Program-made: the position numbers and the translations under genes
IMG/VR virus record: IMGVR_UViG_3300029258_002308
Location: 1-52,636 of that record
DNA length: 52,636 nucleotides
Source: a virus
Taxonomy: Duplodnaviria > Caudoviricetes
Reading direction: 5' to 3' (one strand)
Shown: in pieces, positions 1 through 9,333 of the stretch
Position numbering within the stretch: the stretch's first letter is position 1
Layout of the letters: every line of letters starts with the position of its first letter
The notes under the pieces: generated by a model
Databases searched by the model: none
Seen by the model: only the letters and a program-made list of their open reading frames with translations
What the model was told of the DNA's origin: nothing

Positions 1-40
1 TGGCAGGAGATCATATTGAATGAAGTGAGCGAATTAGAAA

Positions 41-682
41 ATGCAGGAACAGTTAGTGGGGCTGCACCGAGCAAGTGAAATGCTTGGTGTAACCAATGTT
101 ACACTTAGAAATTGGGATAAAGAAGGTAAGTTAAAAGCACTCAAGACACCAGGGGGGCATCGTCGTTGGCGGCTCTCCGATCTTCTTGCCTTTCAAGGCA
201 TCTCTCCCGAAGATACGTCCGAAAAAGAAGAACTTATTGCAATATACGGGCGTGTCTCTTCTCACGATCAAAAGCAGAAGGGCGATCTTGACCGCCAAGT
301 TGGTCGATTGGCTACCTATTGTGGTAAAAAGAAATACAAGGTGGCCCATACTCTTCAAGATGTTGGATCAGGTATGTCCGACAATCGCCCTCGGCTCAAT
401 CGGTTGTTCAAACTGGTTGAAGACCATTCTATCACCAAAGTTGTGGTAGAGCATAAGGATCGGCTCACACGCTTCAATTTTGGGGTTTATGAGCGTTTCT
501 TTAGTTCTCATGGTGTGATGATTGAGTGTACCGAAGACAAGCGAGAGAAGACCTACGAACAGGAACTTGTAGATGATATGATTTCGCTCATGTCTTCATT
601 CTCGGCTAAAATTTATGGTAAGAGAAGTGCAGAGAATAGAAGAAAGAAGAAAGAGGCGGCGATGAAGGAGACGGTGAAATGA
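41..682 (+). CDS. tnpA: IS607-family transposase (MerR-like HTH + serine recombinase)
   Basis: N-terminal HTH 'LGVTNVTLRNWDKEG..TPGGHRR', catalytic 'YGRVSS', 'DVGSG', 'EHKDRLTRF', 'ELVDDMISLMSSFSAKIYG'. Confidence 0.95.
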   Translation: MQEQLVGLHRASEMLGVTNVTLRNWDKEGKLKALKTPGGHRRWRLSDLLAFQGISPEDTSEKEELIAIYGRVSSHDQKQKGDLDRQVGRLATYCGKKKYKVAHTLQDVGSGMSDNRPRLNRLFKLVEDHSITKVVVEHKDRLTRFNFGVYERFFSSHGVMIECTEDKREKTYEQELVDDMISLMSSFSAKIYGKRSAENRRKKKEAAMKETVK

Positions 683-2154
683 GCAAGTATATCGGACAAA
701 CATTCAATCACTTAACTATTCAGAGTATATGGGCAGATGATGGTAGGCAATTTTGTGATGTTCGATGTTCTTGTGGAAACACACGAATTACAAGGTTGGA
801 TCGAGTTGTAAATGGCCGGGTGATAAGTTGTGGTTGCAAAAGGAGAGTTCCAAACCACAATAGACCTTCACAGAAAAAATTGTTGAAAGATTACAATGAT
901 TTGAGGGTAATGGAGATCGCCAAGAAATACAATGTTTGTGTTGCAACTGTTTATAAATGGCTCAAATTCTATGAAATAAAACCTGTTAAAAATAGGGCAA
1001 TGACCAAAAAACCTAGTAAAGATGAATTACTTAAACTATGTGATGAGTTTGAATCGGCTGCTGCGATTGGAAGACATTGTGATGCTACCACTAGATCGGT
1101 ACTTAATTGGTGTAAGGATTACGGAATAGAATGTCCGAGGGGTTGGGATGAATACGAGAAACCCAACAGAGAAACATTGGCAGCAATGATGATGGGGGAA
1201 ACAAGAAAAACTGCCGCCCGAAAAAGGGGATGTAGTCCTTCACTGTTAGATCGTTGGATGAGGCAATATGATTTAAGTAAATTTGAATGTGAAAATGGGT
1301 ATAAATTAGAATTGCCCAATTCGTTTACCAACGTGCAATCAGATGTGGTAAAAGGTGTATTGTTGGGAGATGCCTCCATACCTTGGACAACAATAGAAAG
1401 GAATAGTGGTTTATCTTATGGTCAAGAATCTAGCAAAGAGGACTATGTTCGGCATATTGCCGATATAATGTATCCATTTGTAACTAGAAGTCCATTTACA
1501 TCTTGGCATTTGAAGCCAATTAGAAGAGATGGTAAAGTAATACACGACCATTGTGACCATAACAAAATTAGTGGAAGGTGTTATATCACAAGTCATGTTC
1601 ATCCTTTGTTTAGTGGCTTGCGGGGAAAATGGTATTTGCATCCAAGCAAAAAACGGTCAAAGAAAATAGTCCCGAGGGACTTGGTTCTTAACTGGCGTAT
1701 TTTTGCATATTGGATGTGCGACGATGGCTACAATAAAACTGGTTATGGAGAAAATTGGGAACGGGTAATTAAGTTGTATACCGATTCTTTTGGGTTTGAT
1801 GATGTTGAATTTTTAATCAGCAGGATGTCTATAGATTTAGGCGTAACATCGAAGATAAATCAACGAGAAGGCAAGCCCACAATTCGTATTAGCAGTGCTG
1901 ACTACGATCATGTAATTGACAATATAGCCCCATACATTACGGTGCCTAGTATGAAATATAAGATCGACAAATCTCCTAAAAAATACAGGTCTAAGTTATT
2001 GACTGATTCACAAATCAGTGAACTTAAAGAACAATGGAAGTGTGGCAAGTTGAAAAATAAACAGTCACAATTCGCCAGGAAATTTGGAGTTAGTCATACG
2101 GTAATCAATAAAACCATTAGATCATTTCAATACGAAGCCAAGAATGGAGAATAG
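679..2154 (+). CDS. LAGLIDADG homing endonuclease with N-terminal Cys-rich domain and multiple HTH repeats
   Basis: Two LAGLIDADG-type motifs 'GVLLGDAS' and 'AYWMCDDG'; N-terminal 'CSCGN...SCGC'; three P-x-x-x-x-L...HTH repeats; C-terminal HTH 'QSQFARKFGVSHTVINK'. Confidence 0.85.
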   Translation: MSKYIGQTFNHLTIQSIWADDGRQFCDVRCSCGNTRITRLDRVVNGRVISCGCKRRVPNHNRPSQKKLLKDYNDLRVMEIAKKYNVCVATVYKWLKFYEIKPVKNRAMTKKPSKDELLKLCDEFESAAAIGRHCDATTRSVLNWCKDYGIECPRGWDEYEKPNRETLAAMMMGETRKTAARKRGCSPSLLDRWMRQYDLSKFECENGYKLELPNSFTNVQSDVVKGVLLGDASIPWTTIERNSGLSYGQESSKEDYVRHIADIMYPFVTRSPFTSWHLKPIRRDGKVIHDHCDHNKISGRCYITSHVHPLFSGLRGKWYLHPSKKRSKKIVPRDLVLNWRIFAYWMCDDGYNKTGYGENWERVIKLYTDSFGFDDVEFLISRMSIDLGVTSKINQREGKPTIRISSADYDHVIDNIAPYITVPSMKYKIDKSPKKYRSKLLTDSQISELKEQWKCGKLKNKQSQFARKFGVSHTVINKTIRSFQYEAKNGE

Positions 2155-2536
2155 AGTGTCAAAGATCATTTTACATACACCTAGATTTATGCGGGACGAT
2201 AAGACAACTACTGAGTTTGAGGCAACTGATATTATACAAATAAAATCGGTTGCAGGAGATGACGACAATGGCGGTTCACATTTCTGGGTAAGGGGTATAG
2301 CCGAGAGGCAGCATTGTTTAGAAAGTGCTAATGATCTGAGAAAATTAGTTGAAAAGCACAAAAATGATCCCCAACAACCGATCACGATGGGCGATGTTCA
2401 TATCGGTGATGTTTTTAAGCAAAATGGAATCAATTTCTTTTGGAAAGATGTCAGGTTCCAAACGGGACTCGCTGTAGGATTTTTCTTAGGGATCATCACA
2501 TCATACATTGCCGCATGGCTTTGGAGTATAAGTTGA
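2144..2536 (+). CDS. Hypothetical protein with a C-terminal transmembrane helix
   Basis: 130-aa ORF overlapping both neighbours; hydrophobic C-terminus 'GLAVGFFLGIITSYIAAWLW'. Confidence 0.7.
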   Translation: MENRVSKIILHTPRFMRDDKTTTEFEATDIIQIKSVAGDDDNGGSHFWVRGIAERQHCLESANDLRKLVEKHKNDPQQPITMGDVHIGDVFKQNGINFFWKDVRFQTGLAVGFFLGIITSYIAAWLWSIS

Positions 2537-3624
2537 AACTAAAACGCAGCAGTAGATGCACATTGAAGTTCGCTACCGAAGCGAAGAGACAGAAACTCAA
2601 GACCACACTTGAAGAGTACGGTCAAGTGGTTAATTTCTTCATTGATCGGTTCTGGGAAAATATCCCTAAGAAGGGCGAACTACTAAAAGACATTGTGAAT
2701 CTACCTGATACATGGTTATCTGCGAGGTTGAGAAAAGTTGCCGCCCGTGAAGCAATAGACCTAATTAAATCAGTCAAAGAATCAGGAAGAACCACCAAAC
2801 CCATCCATTCTGGTAAGAGGATGCATGTTTCTTCTACGATTGCAAACCTACAAATCCACAGGACTGCCAAAACCTTTGATTGCTGGCTTCATCTGGCCAG
2901 CATAGGCAACAACACCATCCTTGATCTACCCATCAAAGGACACAAACATATCAATCGTCTAATGGCACTTGGCAAACAACTCCAATCCTATATCATCACA
3001 GAAGATCAAGTTCAATTCTGTTTCCAAATCGAAACTGGCCCGAAGGCAGAACAGGGCGAGGTAGTTGGAATCGACACAGGAATCAACGCTCTGGCGACTT
3101 TGGATGACGGACAACAATACGGAATGCAAGTTAAAAAGCAGATAGAACGAATCAAAAACAAAGAACATGGAAGCAACAAGCAGAAAAAGGCACGGAGAGC
3201 GTTAAAGCAATATATGGACGAAACTGCCAAACGGGTAGTTTCTAACAAAAGGTTGGTCGTAGTAGAAGGTTTGAAGAAAATGAACCAGAAGACCAAACTC
3301 ACACGACGGGTGAGTAAAAATATCCGTCGTTCTCTCGGTGCATGGTGTTATCGTTACTGGTTAAACAGGATACAAATGGCGTGTGAAAATAACCGTGTTA
3401 GTTTCAGAACAGTCAATCCTGCATACACCAGTCAGCGATGCTATGCTTGTGGTCATACTGAGAGTGGGAATCGTAACAGAGAGATATTTAAGTGCAAGAG
3501 TTGTGGCTATACTTGTAATGCTGATGTTAATGCAGCCAAGAATATCTTGTTTCGGTTTCTAAGTGGACCTTACGGTGCCGCTTACAAACCTCCTGATCTT
3601 GACAAATCCCTTGTATTTTGCTAG
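2533..3624 (+). CDS. tnpB: RNA-guided endonuclease TnpB
   Basis: RuvC I 'VGIDTG', II 'VVVEGL', III 'NADVNAAKNI'; 'PAYTSQRCYACG..CKSCG' zinc ribbon; start re-called at TTG 2533 (GGAG upstream, TTGA overlap with the previous stop). Confidence 0.93.
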   Translation: MKLKRSSRCTLKFATEAKRQKLKTTLEEYGQVVNFFIDRFWENIPKKGELLKDIVNLPDTWLSARLRKVAAREAIDLIKSVKESGRTTKPIHSGKRMHVSSTIANLQIHRTAKTFDCWLHLASIGNNTILDLPIKGHKHINRLMALGKQLQSYIITEDQVQFCFQIETGPKAEQGEVVGIDTGINALATLDDGQQYGMQVKKQIERIKNKEHGSNKQKKARRALKQYMDETAKRVVSNKRLVVVEGLKKMNQKTKLTRRVSKNIRRSLGAWCYRYWLNRIQMACENNRVSFRTVNPAYTSQRCYACGHTESGNRNREIFKCKSCGYTCNADVNAAKNILFRFLSGPYGAAYKPPDLDKSLVFC

Positions 3625-3670
3625 GTTAGATTTTTATAGTTTTGGAGGAACGGTTTAAAAAAATGCCGCT
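3540..3670 (+). ncRNA. Putative TnpB omegaRNA/reRNA (scaffold plus flank-derived guide)
   Basis: Expected position overlapping the tnpB 3' end; hairpin AGTGG-ACC-ttac-GGT-g-CCGCT at 3562-3582; CCTCC/GGAGG complementarity; boundaries approximate. Confidence 0.55.
3599..3627 (+). promoter_or_regulatory. sigma70-type promoter inside the tnpB 3' end
   Basis: TTGACA-17 nt-TAGGTT with extended -10 TG. Confidence 0.5.
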
Positions 3671-4004
3671 CAGTCGTAGGATCGCCAAAGCTCTTAGGAA
3701 AGGGCAATCTGTTGAGATCAATGGAGAAACTTTTATTTCTATCGAACATATGACCAACAAGCATCAAAAGTCAGCAATTGATCGATATGGTTTGACAAGT
3801 CTGAAACCAGGGGATAGGGTGGTTTGTTATGTTTATGGATTATTGGAAGTTCGTACTATCGAAAAAATCAAACAAAGAAATTATCTTCCTCGATTCAAGG
3901 TGGGAAAGAAAACCGATGATATAAAAGAATGGGTTGGGAAAACCAAAATTCTTGGTGTAAAAGAAGAATCGTTCATGGAAGAACTAGTTTACGAATTGGA
4001 ATAA
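3663..4004 (+). CDS. Hypothetical protein
   Basis: Open frame; ATG 3663 preferred over TTG 3642, which lies inside the IS end. Confidence 0.6.
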   Translation: MPLSRRIAKALRKGQSVEINGETFISIEHMTNKHQKSAIDRYGLTSLKPGDRVVCYVYGLLEVRTIEKIKQRNYLPRFKVGKKTDDIKEWVGKTKILGVKEESFMEELVYELE

Positions 4005-4006
4005 CA

Positions 4007-4600
4007 ATGATAACACTTTCGGAAAGGTTAATTCGACTTGGTTATAGTGATTATCAATCTTATTTGCGTTCTGAGCATTGGAGTCAAAAAAAGCGGCAAT
4101 ATCTTAGCTCTAATTCTCCCAAATATTGCTTAATTTGTGGCAATAGCCAATATGATTTACATCATCTCACATACGAACGGTTAGGTAATGAATTGATTTC
4201 AGATTTATTTCCTCTTTGCAGGAGGTGTCATAGGATATTACATGATTACACAAAAAAGAAGCGTTGTGGCTTAAACAATATGCAGCACATATTAGAGGAA
4301 GCTTTTGGACTTGATAGAGAGGCAGCGGCTTCTAAAATGATAACGGTCGGTAAAGAAGTGTCTAAAGAGAAAAAAATACGATTAGTTCATCCGTTTTGTG
4401 GTAATTGTGGGAAAAAATATTCAGTATTTGTTGAGATATTTGAAATTGAATTAGCTTGGTTTAAGCAACGAAAAGAGAAATGGCTTTGTAAGAAATGTCG
4501 GCCTTGTAAAATTAGTACAGGGCGAAGAGCTAAAATAAAGTACAAGAAAACAAAAAAAACACTCGCCCGCCTTGAGGCGAGTGTTTGGCAAGAAGAATAA
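4007..4600 (+). CDS. HNH endonuclease
   Basis: 'YLRSEHW..K', 'CLICG..LHHLTYERLGNE...LCRRCH'; extra C-terminal CxxC pairs. Confidence 0.8.
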   Translation: MITLSERLIRLGYSDYQSYLRSEHWSQKKRQYLSSNSPKYCLICGNSQYDLHHLTYERLGNELISDLFPLCRRCHRILHDYTKKKRCGLNNMQHILEEAFGLDREAAASKMITVGKEVSKEKKIRLVHPFCGNCGKKYSVFVEIFEIELAWFKQRKEKWLCKKCRPCKISTGRRAKIKYKKTKKTLARLEASVWQEE

Positions 4601-4646
4601 CAATGCCACAACATAAGACAATACTAAGAATACTAAGGTAAGAATT

Positions 4647-4952
4647 ATGCTGAGTGAAATTGAATCCGAATTTATGTCAATCGTTTATCGAGTGTTGAAG
4701 GAATGCGAAAAAGCTCGAAAAAAACATGGGCCATTCCATTCCACCCATGAGGCGTATGCTGTCATCAAAGAGGAGCTTGAAGAATGGTGGGACACGGTCA
4801 AAGCAGACGAACCCGATGATGATGAATTGGTTAGCGTTGCGGCTATGGCAATCACAGCAATTGTAGAATTACAAGGAAAGAACTTAAGTGAGCATTACGT
4901 TCTCGACGGCTCTAAAAAAACTAACGAAGCAGAACATTCTACTGACTCTTGA
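4647..4952 (+). CDS. MazG-like nucleotide pyrophosphohydrolase-family protein
   Basis: 'HEAYAVIKEELEE...DELVSVAAMA' EExxE...E pattern. Confidence 0.55.
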   Translation: MLSEIESEFMSIVYRVLKECEKARKKHGPFHSTHEAYAVIKEELEEWWDTVKADEPDDDELVSVAAMAITAIVELQGKNLSEHYVLDGSKKTNEAEHSTDS

Positions 4953-6162
4953 TCCCGACGTTCTTGACTTCACGAACAAAGACAAGCAGGCGAAGTTAAT
5001 TATACAAGGGGCTGGCATGAAGATTGCTGCCCCTCTTTCGCATGACTGCGAGAGACTTTTGAATATCGTTGGTGGTCTTTCTCTTTGTTTCGATGAAAGC
5101 TTGATTCTTGCTTGGGATATAAAACCGCTTTTCTCGTTCTTCAAAGCCATTACCGGAGCAGATTTGAATCTAGGTCGAATTTGGGACCTCAAAATCATAG
5201 AGAAATTCTATGGTATCGAGGGGTATGCACCCAAAACCGTAGAGAAAGCCCTTAGTAGATTGGCCAAACTGCCGTTGGAAGGTTTTTCTTCACTCTACAA
5301 TCAAGTCTATTATCCTCTCATTACAACCGTCATTCCTCAGATGGAAGCGACTGGCGTGGCTCATCGTGGGAAGAAGAAGATTCTTCATCCATTTTTTGAA
5401 ATTGAAGAGCATGCTAATGGTCGGTTAAAATGCAGAAAAGCGTTTTATCGGAGTTATTTACCTCACAATTTGAGTTCGGAGGATAAGGAAAATCTCGCCC
5501 CAGTCGATTATGATGATGTGTTTGTCTATTTCGATTTCAAAAGCTATGAGGTGGCCGTTCTTCAATGGTTATCGGGCGACATTAAGTTGGGAAAGGCTTT
5601 AAGTTCTGGAAATGCCTATGAGTATATCTGGTCGGCGGTAACTTCGTTACAGCCCGACACGCAATCTGAAAAACGTGGAAAATTACTCTTTTTACCCATG
5701 ATTTTTGGTCTCGGGCCGCGAACACTGGCAAAAGATTTTAAAATTGATGAGAAAACGGCCCGTGAGTTAATAAATAGGTTCAATCACTCTTTTCCCACGG
5801 CCTTTACGTGGATAGAAAGTCAGGGTGTAGACGATGATAATTACGCTACGGACCACTTTGGACGTAGAAGAAAAATCGAACAAGGCAACGAATACCTAGT
5901 GCGGAACTTTTCAGTTCAAGCACCCGCATCGATAATCAGTTTGAAAAAACTAGTTAAATTGCATGAAAAAACCAAAGATTTTTCGAAACTTTGCTTTCAT
6001 TTGCATGATGGTTTCTGTATACTTGTCAATAAGGGCGAAATTAGAAGAGCCGCAAATATCGGCACTGAGGTTCTTGAGGCCCCTGATAATCTATTCCCAG
6101 ACTTAAAGTTGAAAGTCAGTTGTGTGTGGGGAAGGCGACTAGATCAGTTGAAAACAATCTAA
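4888..6162 (+). CDS. polA: Short family-A DNA polymerase
   Basis: Motif A 'DFKSYE', motif B 'RGKLLFLPMIFG', 'FGRRR', 'NFSVQAPAS', motif C 'LHDG'; no intact exonuclease motifs seen. Confidence 0.8.
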   Translation: MSITFSTALKKLTKQNILLTLDPDVLDFTNKDKQAKLIIQGAGMKIAAPLSHDCERLLNIVGGLSLCFDESLILAWDIKPLFSFFKAITGADLNLGRIWDLKIIEKFYGIEGYAPKTVEKALSRLAKLPLEGFSSLYNQVYYPLITTVIPQMEATGVAHRGKKKILHPFFEIEEHANGRLKCRKAFYRSYLPHNLSSEDKENLAPVDYDDVFVYFDFKSYEVAVLQWLSGDIKLGKALSSGNAYEYIWSAVTSLQPDTQSEKRGKLLFLPMIFGLGPRTLAKDFKIDEKTARELINRFNHSFPTAFTWIESQGVDDDNYATDHFGRRRKIEQGNEYLVRNFSVQAPASIISLKKLVKLHEKTKDFSKLCFHLHDGFCILVNKGEIRRAANIGTEVLEAPDNLFPDLKLKVSCVWGRRLDQLKTI

Positions 6163-6174
6163 TCAAGGAGAAAG

Positions 6175-6744
6175 GTGCGAAAAGCAATCACTGAACAATT
6201 CCCGGTAGGTGAAGAGGAATATCTAGAACTTGATAAGAAATTCGGAAATCTGGCAAACTACGCAGGATGGCAACTTATCAAGAAAAACAACAGGAACAAT
6301 CACACCGACGATCACCAAGATGTGGCACAAGAATTGAGGATAGCACTTATTCAGGCAGGTTCTTACTACAAGCGACAGGTTTATATCGAAAAATGTTTAT
6401 CGCTTTGTTTTGAGTATGTCTATGATCCCTTTGTTCGCCAAATCGTGGAGCAACTTCAATTTTTATGGAAAAACAAGACTCGACATGGAGCTAATAAACA
6501 GAAGTATGGTCCACATCAAGAACGGCTCTTGGAAAAGATCGTTCGATCCTACGTGCCTGCCCATAAGAGGCCATCTAAGAAGGCCCATTTAGTCGTGGAC
6601 TCCAAATTTGCGACCTACTGCAAGGCTATTACTTGGAATCGACAGAAGGCCTTGGGCAAAAAAATCACCCGAGAGAAATCTATTCGTGCCAATTCAGTTT
6701 CATTATCTGAATATGATTACCTGGGTCCCGACAATCGACCTTAG
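6175..6744 (+). CDS. sigma70 region-2-like protein (candidate phage late sigma, gp55-like)
   Basis: 'QDVAQELRIALIQA' (region 2.2-like), 'KFATYCKAITWNR' (2.3/2.4-like), 'VSLSEY'; no region 4. Confidence 0.55.
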   Translation: MRKAITEQFPVGEEEYLELDKKFGNLANYAGWQLIKKNNRNNHTDDHQDVAQELRIALIQAGSYYKRQVYIEKCLSLCFEYVYDPFVRQIVEQLQFLWKNKTRHGANKQKYGPHQERLLEKIVRSYVPAHKRPSKKAHLVVDSKFATYCKAITWNRQKALGKKITREKSIRANSVSLSEYDYLGPDNRP

Positions 6745-6762
6745 TAGATACTACATATCTAT

Positions 6763-7164
6763 ATGACTAAGATCGATCAAAAGACATTTTACGAAAAATT
6801 CGAAAAGAAACGAACCAAAAAGGATGGCAAGTACACTCCCACATTCGATCTTAATGTCCTTTTAACTTTGGCTTGGCATTTCCGACCTAAACACTTTTTG
6901 GAATTTGGAGTACAGGAAGGCACAACAGCCGGAATCCTTCTAGAACTATGTCCTTGGATTGAGAAATACACAGGTATCGATGTACCTCCTAATTTTAAAA
7001 CCAAGTGGAAAGCCCAACAAAGTGAAGTCCCTAAAAAAGCTGGAGGATTGGTTGATGATCCTCGTTTCAATGTTATCGTATTGGAGAAAGGAACAGCGGA
7101 ACTTGAGGTCAACAAAATGAATTTTGTTGACTGCTGCTTCTTTGTTGATCTAGACAAAATCTAG
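6763..7164 (+). CDS. Class I SAM-dependent methyltransferase-like protein, apparently C-terminally truncated
   Basis: 'RPKHFLEFGVQEGTTA..YTGID'; stops just at the 'FVD' strand. Confidence 0.6.
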   Translation: MTKIDQKTFYEKFEKKRTKKDGKYTPTFDLNVLLTLAWHFRPKHFLEFGVQEGTTAGILLELCPWIEKYTGIDVPPNFKTKWKAQQSEVPKKAGGLVDDPRFNVIVLEKGTAELEVNKMNFVDCCFFVDLDKI

Positions 7165-7179
7165 GATTTCTGCTAAATT
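7151..7179 (+). promoter_or_regulatory. sigma70-type promoter upstream of the helicase
   Basis: TAGACA-17 nt-TAAATT with extended -10 TG. Confidence 0.55.
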
Positions 7180-7208
7180 ATTTTCTGAGAAAGAGCGATA
7201 GGTAGAAT

Positions 7209-8822
7209 ATGACAGATTTTATCGACCCCGACGACGATTTGACGGAAGAAGAGCTAGAGCAGCTTGAAAGTCTAACCGATCCCGATGCCGAAGAGGATTC
7301 CGAGTTCAAGTGGGACGAGGAATTTCAACGGTACATTCTTGCCATGCTTGTCTCGGACAAGCATTTTTTAGTTCAGAGTCTACCTCTGGTTCAACCTAAA
7401 TACTTTACTGATGATGTTCATAAACTGATTTGTAAACTTCTATTCGGGTATTTTGAGAAATACAAAGTTCTCGCCAAAAAGCCGTGGATCGTTCAGGAAG
7501 TCAAAGACCACATTGCGGAAAAGAACGACGAAATCCAACTACACTATCTTACCGAACTTAACAAGGTTTATGAATATTATACTCCCGGTGTTGAATCAAG
7601 AGACTATCTTCTCGATAAGATTGTCCACTTCGCCAAGATGCAGGCAATTAAGGTTTCATTCAACAAGTGTCTCACCGTTATTAAGAAGGACCCTGAAAAC
7701 GATGATACCTGGATGAAAATCGGAGACATACTACGTGATGCTTTGCTTGTAGACAAAAACTTTGATCCCGGCCTGGATTATTTTCAATCATATGAGGAGC
7801 GATATGAGCAGCTTAAGGAGGATGAAGCCCTAGAGGTTTTTACAACCGGATTCAAGAGTATAGATAACAATCTTTTATCGGGCGGGCCCACGCGAGGCGA
7901 GGTTTATGCGGTCATTGCTCTTTCGGGAGTTGGGAAATCGCTGAACCTCGTTACCGCCGCATTGAAAAACGTGCTGTTGGGCAAAAAGGTTCTTTACATT
8001 TCGCTGGAAATGGATGAGGGGAAAATTGCCGAGCGTTTTGATGCACAATTGGCGGCGGTTGATATTAACAAATTGCTAGATCACAAAGAACTTATCAAAC
8101 AGGCTTTTGATGAGCAACTAGATGAACAAGAAGATCCCCGAACACTTATCATCAAACAATTTGCTCCCGGAGTGATGGATGTCAATACGCTTCGAGCATA
8201 TCTTCAACAGTTGTATTTGATTGACTTCCGGCCTGATATGGTCATCGTAGACTACATCGGTGAAATGAAGGATTATCCCGGCATTCCCACTTGGCAATCT
8301 CGATACCGAATTATCCGAGATCTTAGACGACTTGCAAAAGAAGAAGAAATCTGCATCTTGACTGCCATGCAAGCCAACAAGAGTGCCCGTGAGGCCCAAG
8401 AATTAACTGATCGATGGGGAAATCTTCAAACGGGTGTTATTGATGATGATAATCTCGCGGATGCCCACGGACAAGTTAAACCTCTTGATGGTTGGTGGTC
8501 TATCAATCAAACTCATTTCGAAAAAAAAGCCGGAATTGCAAGAGTATTTTTTGGAAAAGCAAGACATGGGAAAAGTCGTTTTATCTTTTGGATTGAATAC
8601 AACGAGAAAACTTTGGCAATGACTGAAATTTCTGAAAAAAAGTTCAGCGAAAAAATAAAAAAAGAGCAGGCGGATTCAGTTACCAGAATGCAGGATTTAC
8701 CACAAAAACAATATCCTGATGGGAAAAAAGGAACCAAGGTTAGCCAAATGATAGGTAATAACTCTACTGTAAATAAAGAACCGACAATCCCCAAATCACA
8801 TGAAGGAACAAACAATGAGTGA
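7209..8822 (+). CDS. dnaB: Replicative DNA helicase (DnaB / T4 gp41-like)
   Basis: 'TTGFKSID', Walker A 'ALSGVGKS', 'YISLEM', Walker B 'VIVDY', 'TAMQANK', 'KARHG'. Confidence 0.9.
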   Translation: MTDFIDPDDDLTEEELEQLESLTDPDAEEDSEFKWDEEFQRYILAMLVSDKHFLVQSLPLVQPKYFTDDVHKLICKLLFGYFEKYKVLAKKPWIVQEVKDHIAEKNDEIQLHYLTELNKVYEYYTPGVESRDYLLDKIVHFAKMQAIKVSFNKCLTVIKKDPENDDTWMKIGDILRDALLVDKNFDPGLDYFQSYEERYEQLKEDEALEVFTTGFKSIDNNLLSGGPTRGEVYAVIALSGVGKSLNLVTAALKNVLLGKKVLYISLEMDEGKIAERFDAQLAAVDINKLLDHKELIKQAFDEQLDEQEDPRTLIIKQFAPGVMDVNTLRAYLQQLYLIDFRPDMVIVDYIGEMKDYPGIPTWQSRYRIIRDLRRLAKEEEICILTAMQANKSAREAQELTDRWGNLQTGVIDDDNLADAHGQVKPLDGWWSINQTHFEKKAGIARVFFGKARHGKSRFIFWIEYNEKTLAMTEISEKKFSEKIKKEQADSVTRMQDLPQKQYPDGKKGTKVSQMIGNNSTVNKEPTIPKSHEGTNNE

Positions 8823-9333
8823 CATAAAAAAACTTATTGATCCTAAAGATCTTCCCCCTGACAACAAGAGAGTTGTTAAATTGGGAGCCGAAGAAATCGT
8901 TCTTGATGCCGACCGACTTTTATTCAATGAAGCAAGTCTAAGTCACTTCCAAGATCGCTTGGCGGTTTGGTATGACTATTTTGGAGAGAAACAAGGCCTA
9001 GCAGAATATCTTGTTGCCCGTCGAGAAGCAGAATATGATTCTGTTTATTCAGCAACCTTCGCCCAGCACAAAGAGGATGGGGCGACCGACAAATTAGCCG
9101 AAGCTCGTTCTAAAAGCGATTCTGATGTTTTGGAAGCTAAAAAGAAAGTGGCTTTAGCCAAACAACGACTCACCCAGATAAAACAGCACATCAAATCCTG
9201 GGATAAGGCACATGATAATGCCAAGGAGTGTGGTTATATGGTCCGTAAGGAAATGGACAAACTTCAAAGTGAAATCTACCACAAGAATCATGAACTAGCG
9301 GAACAGACAAAGAAGTACCTAGAGAATAGCTAA
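8815..9333 (+). CDS. UvsY-like recombination mediator (helical)
   Basis: Coiled-coil pattern 'TDKLAEARSKSDSDV..AK'; position next to the helicase. Confidence 0.5.
   Translation: MSDIKKLIDPKDLPPDNKRVVKLGAEEIVLDADRLLFNEASLSHFQDRLAVWYDYFGEKQGLAEYLVARREAEYDSVYSATFAQHKEDGATDKLAEARSKSDSDVLEAKKKVALAKQRLTQIKQHIKSWDKAHDNAKECGYMVRKEMDKLQSEIYHKNHELAEQTKKYLENS

Larger units (their letters stand above)
1..3653 (+). mobile_element. IS607-family element with cargo (tnpA - LAGLIDADG - membrane protein - tnpB); left end probably outside the window
   Basis: tnpA and tnpB in the same orientation with all four ORFs overlapping head-to-tail; hairpin near the tnpB 3' end and an ...GGAGGAACGG terminus at ~3653 (right boundary inferred). 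Confidence 0.7.

Noticed and set aside
679-2154. Intein or group I intron (IStron) host for the LAGLIDADG
   Set aside because: Own ATG and stop, no intein terminal residues, and no non-coding room for an intron core inside the window
2440-2532. Longer tnpB N-terminus given by the ORF track
   Set aside because: Overlaps the upstream gene; SD and TTGA coupling favour 2533
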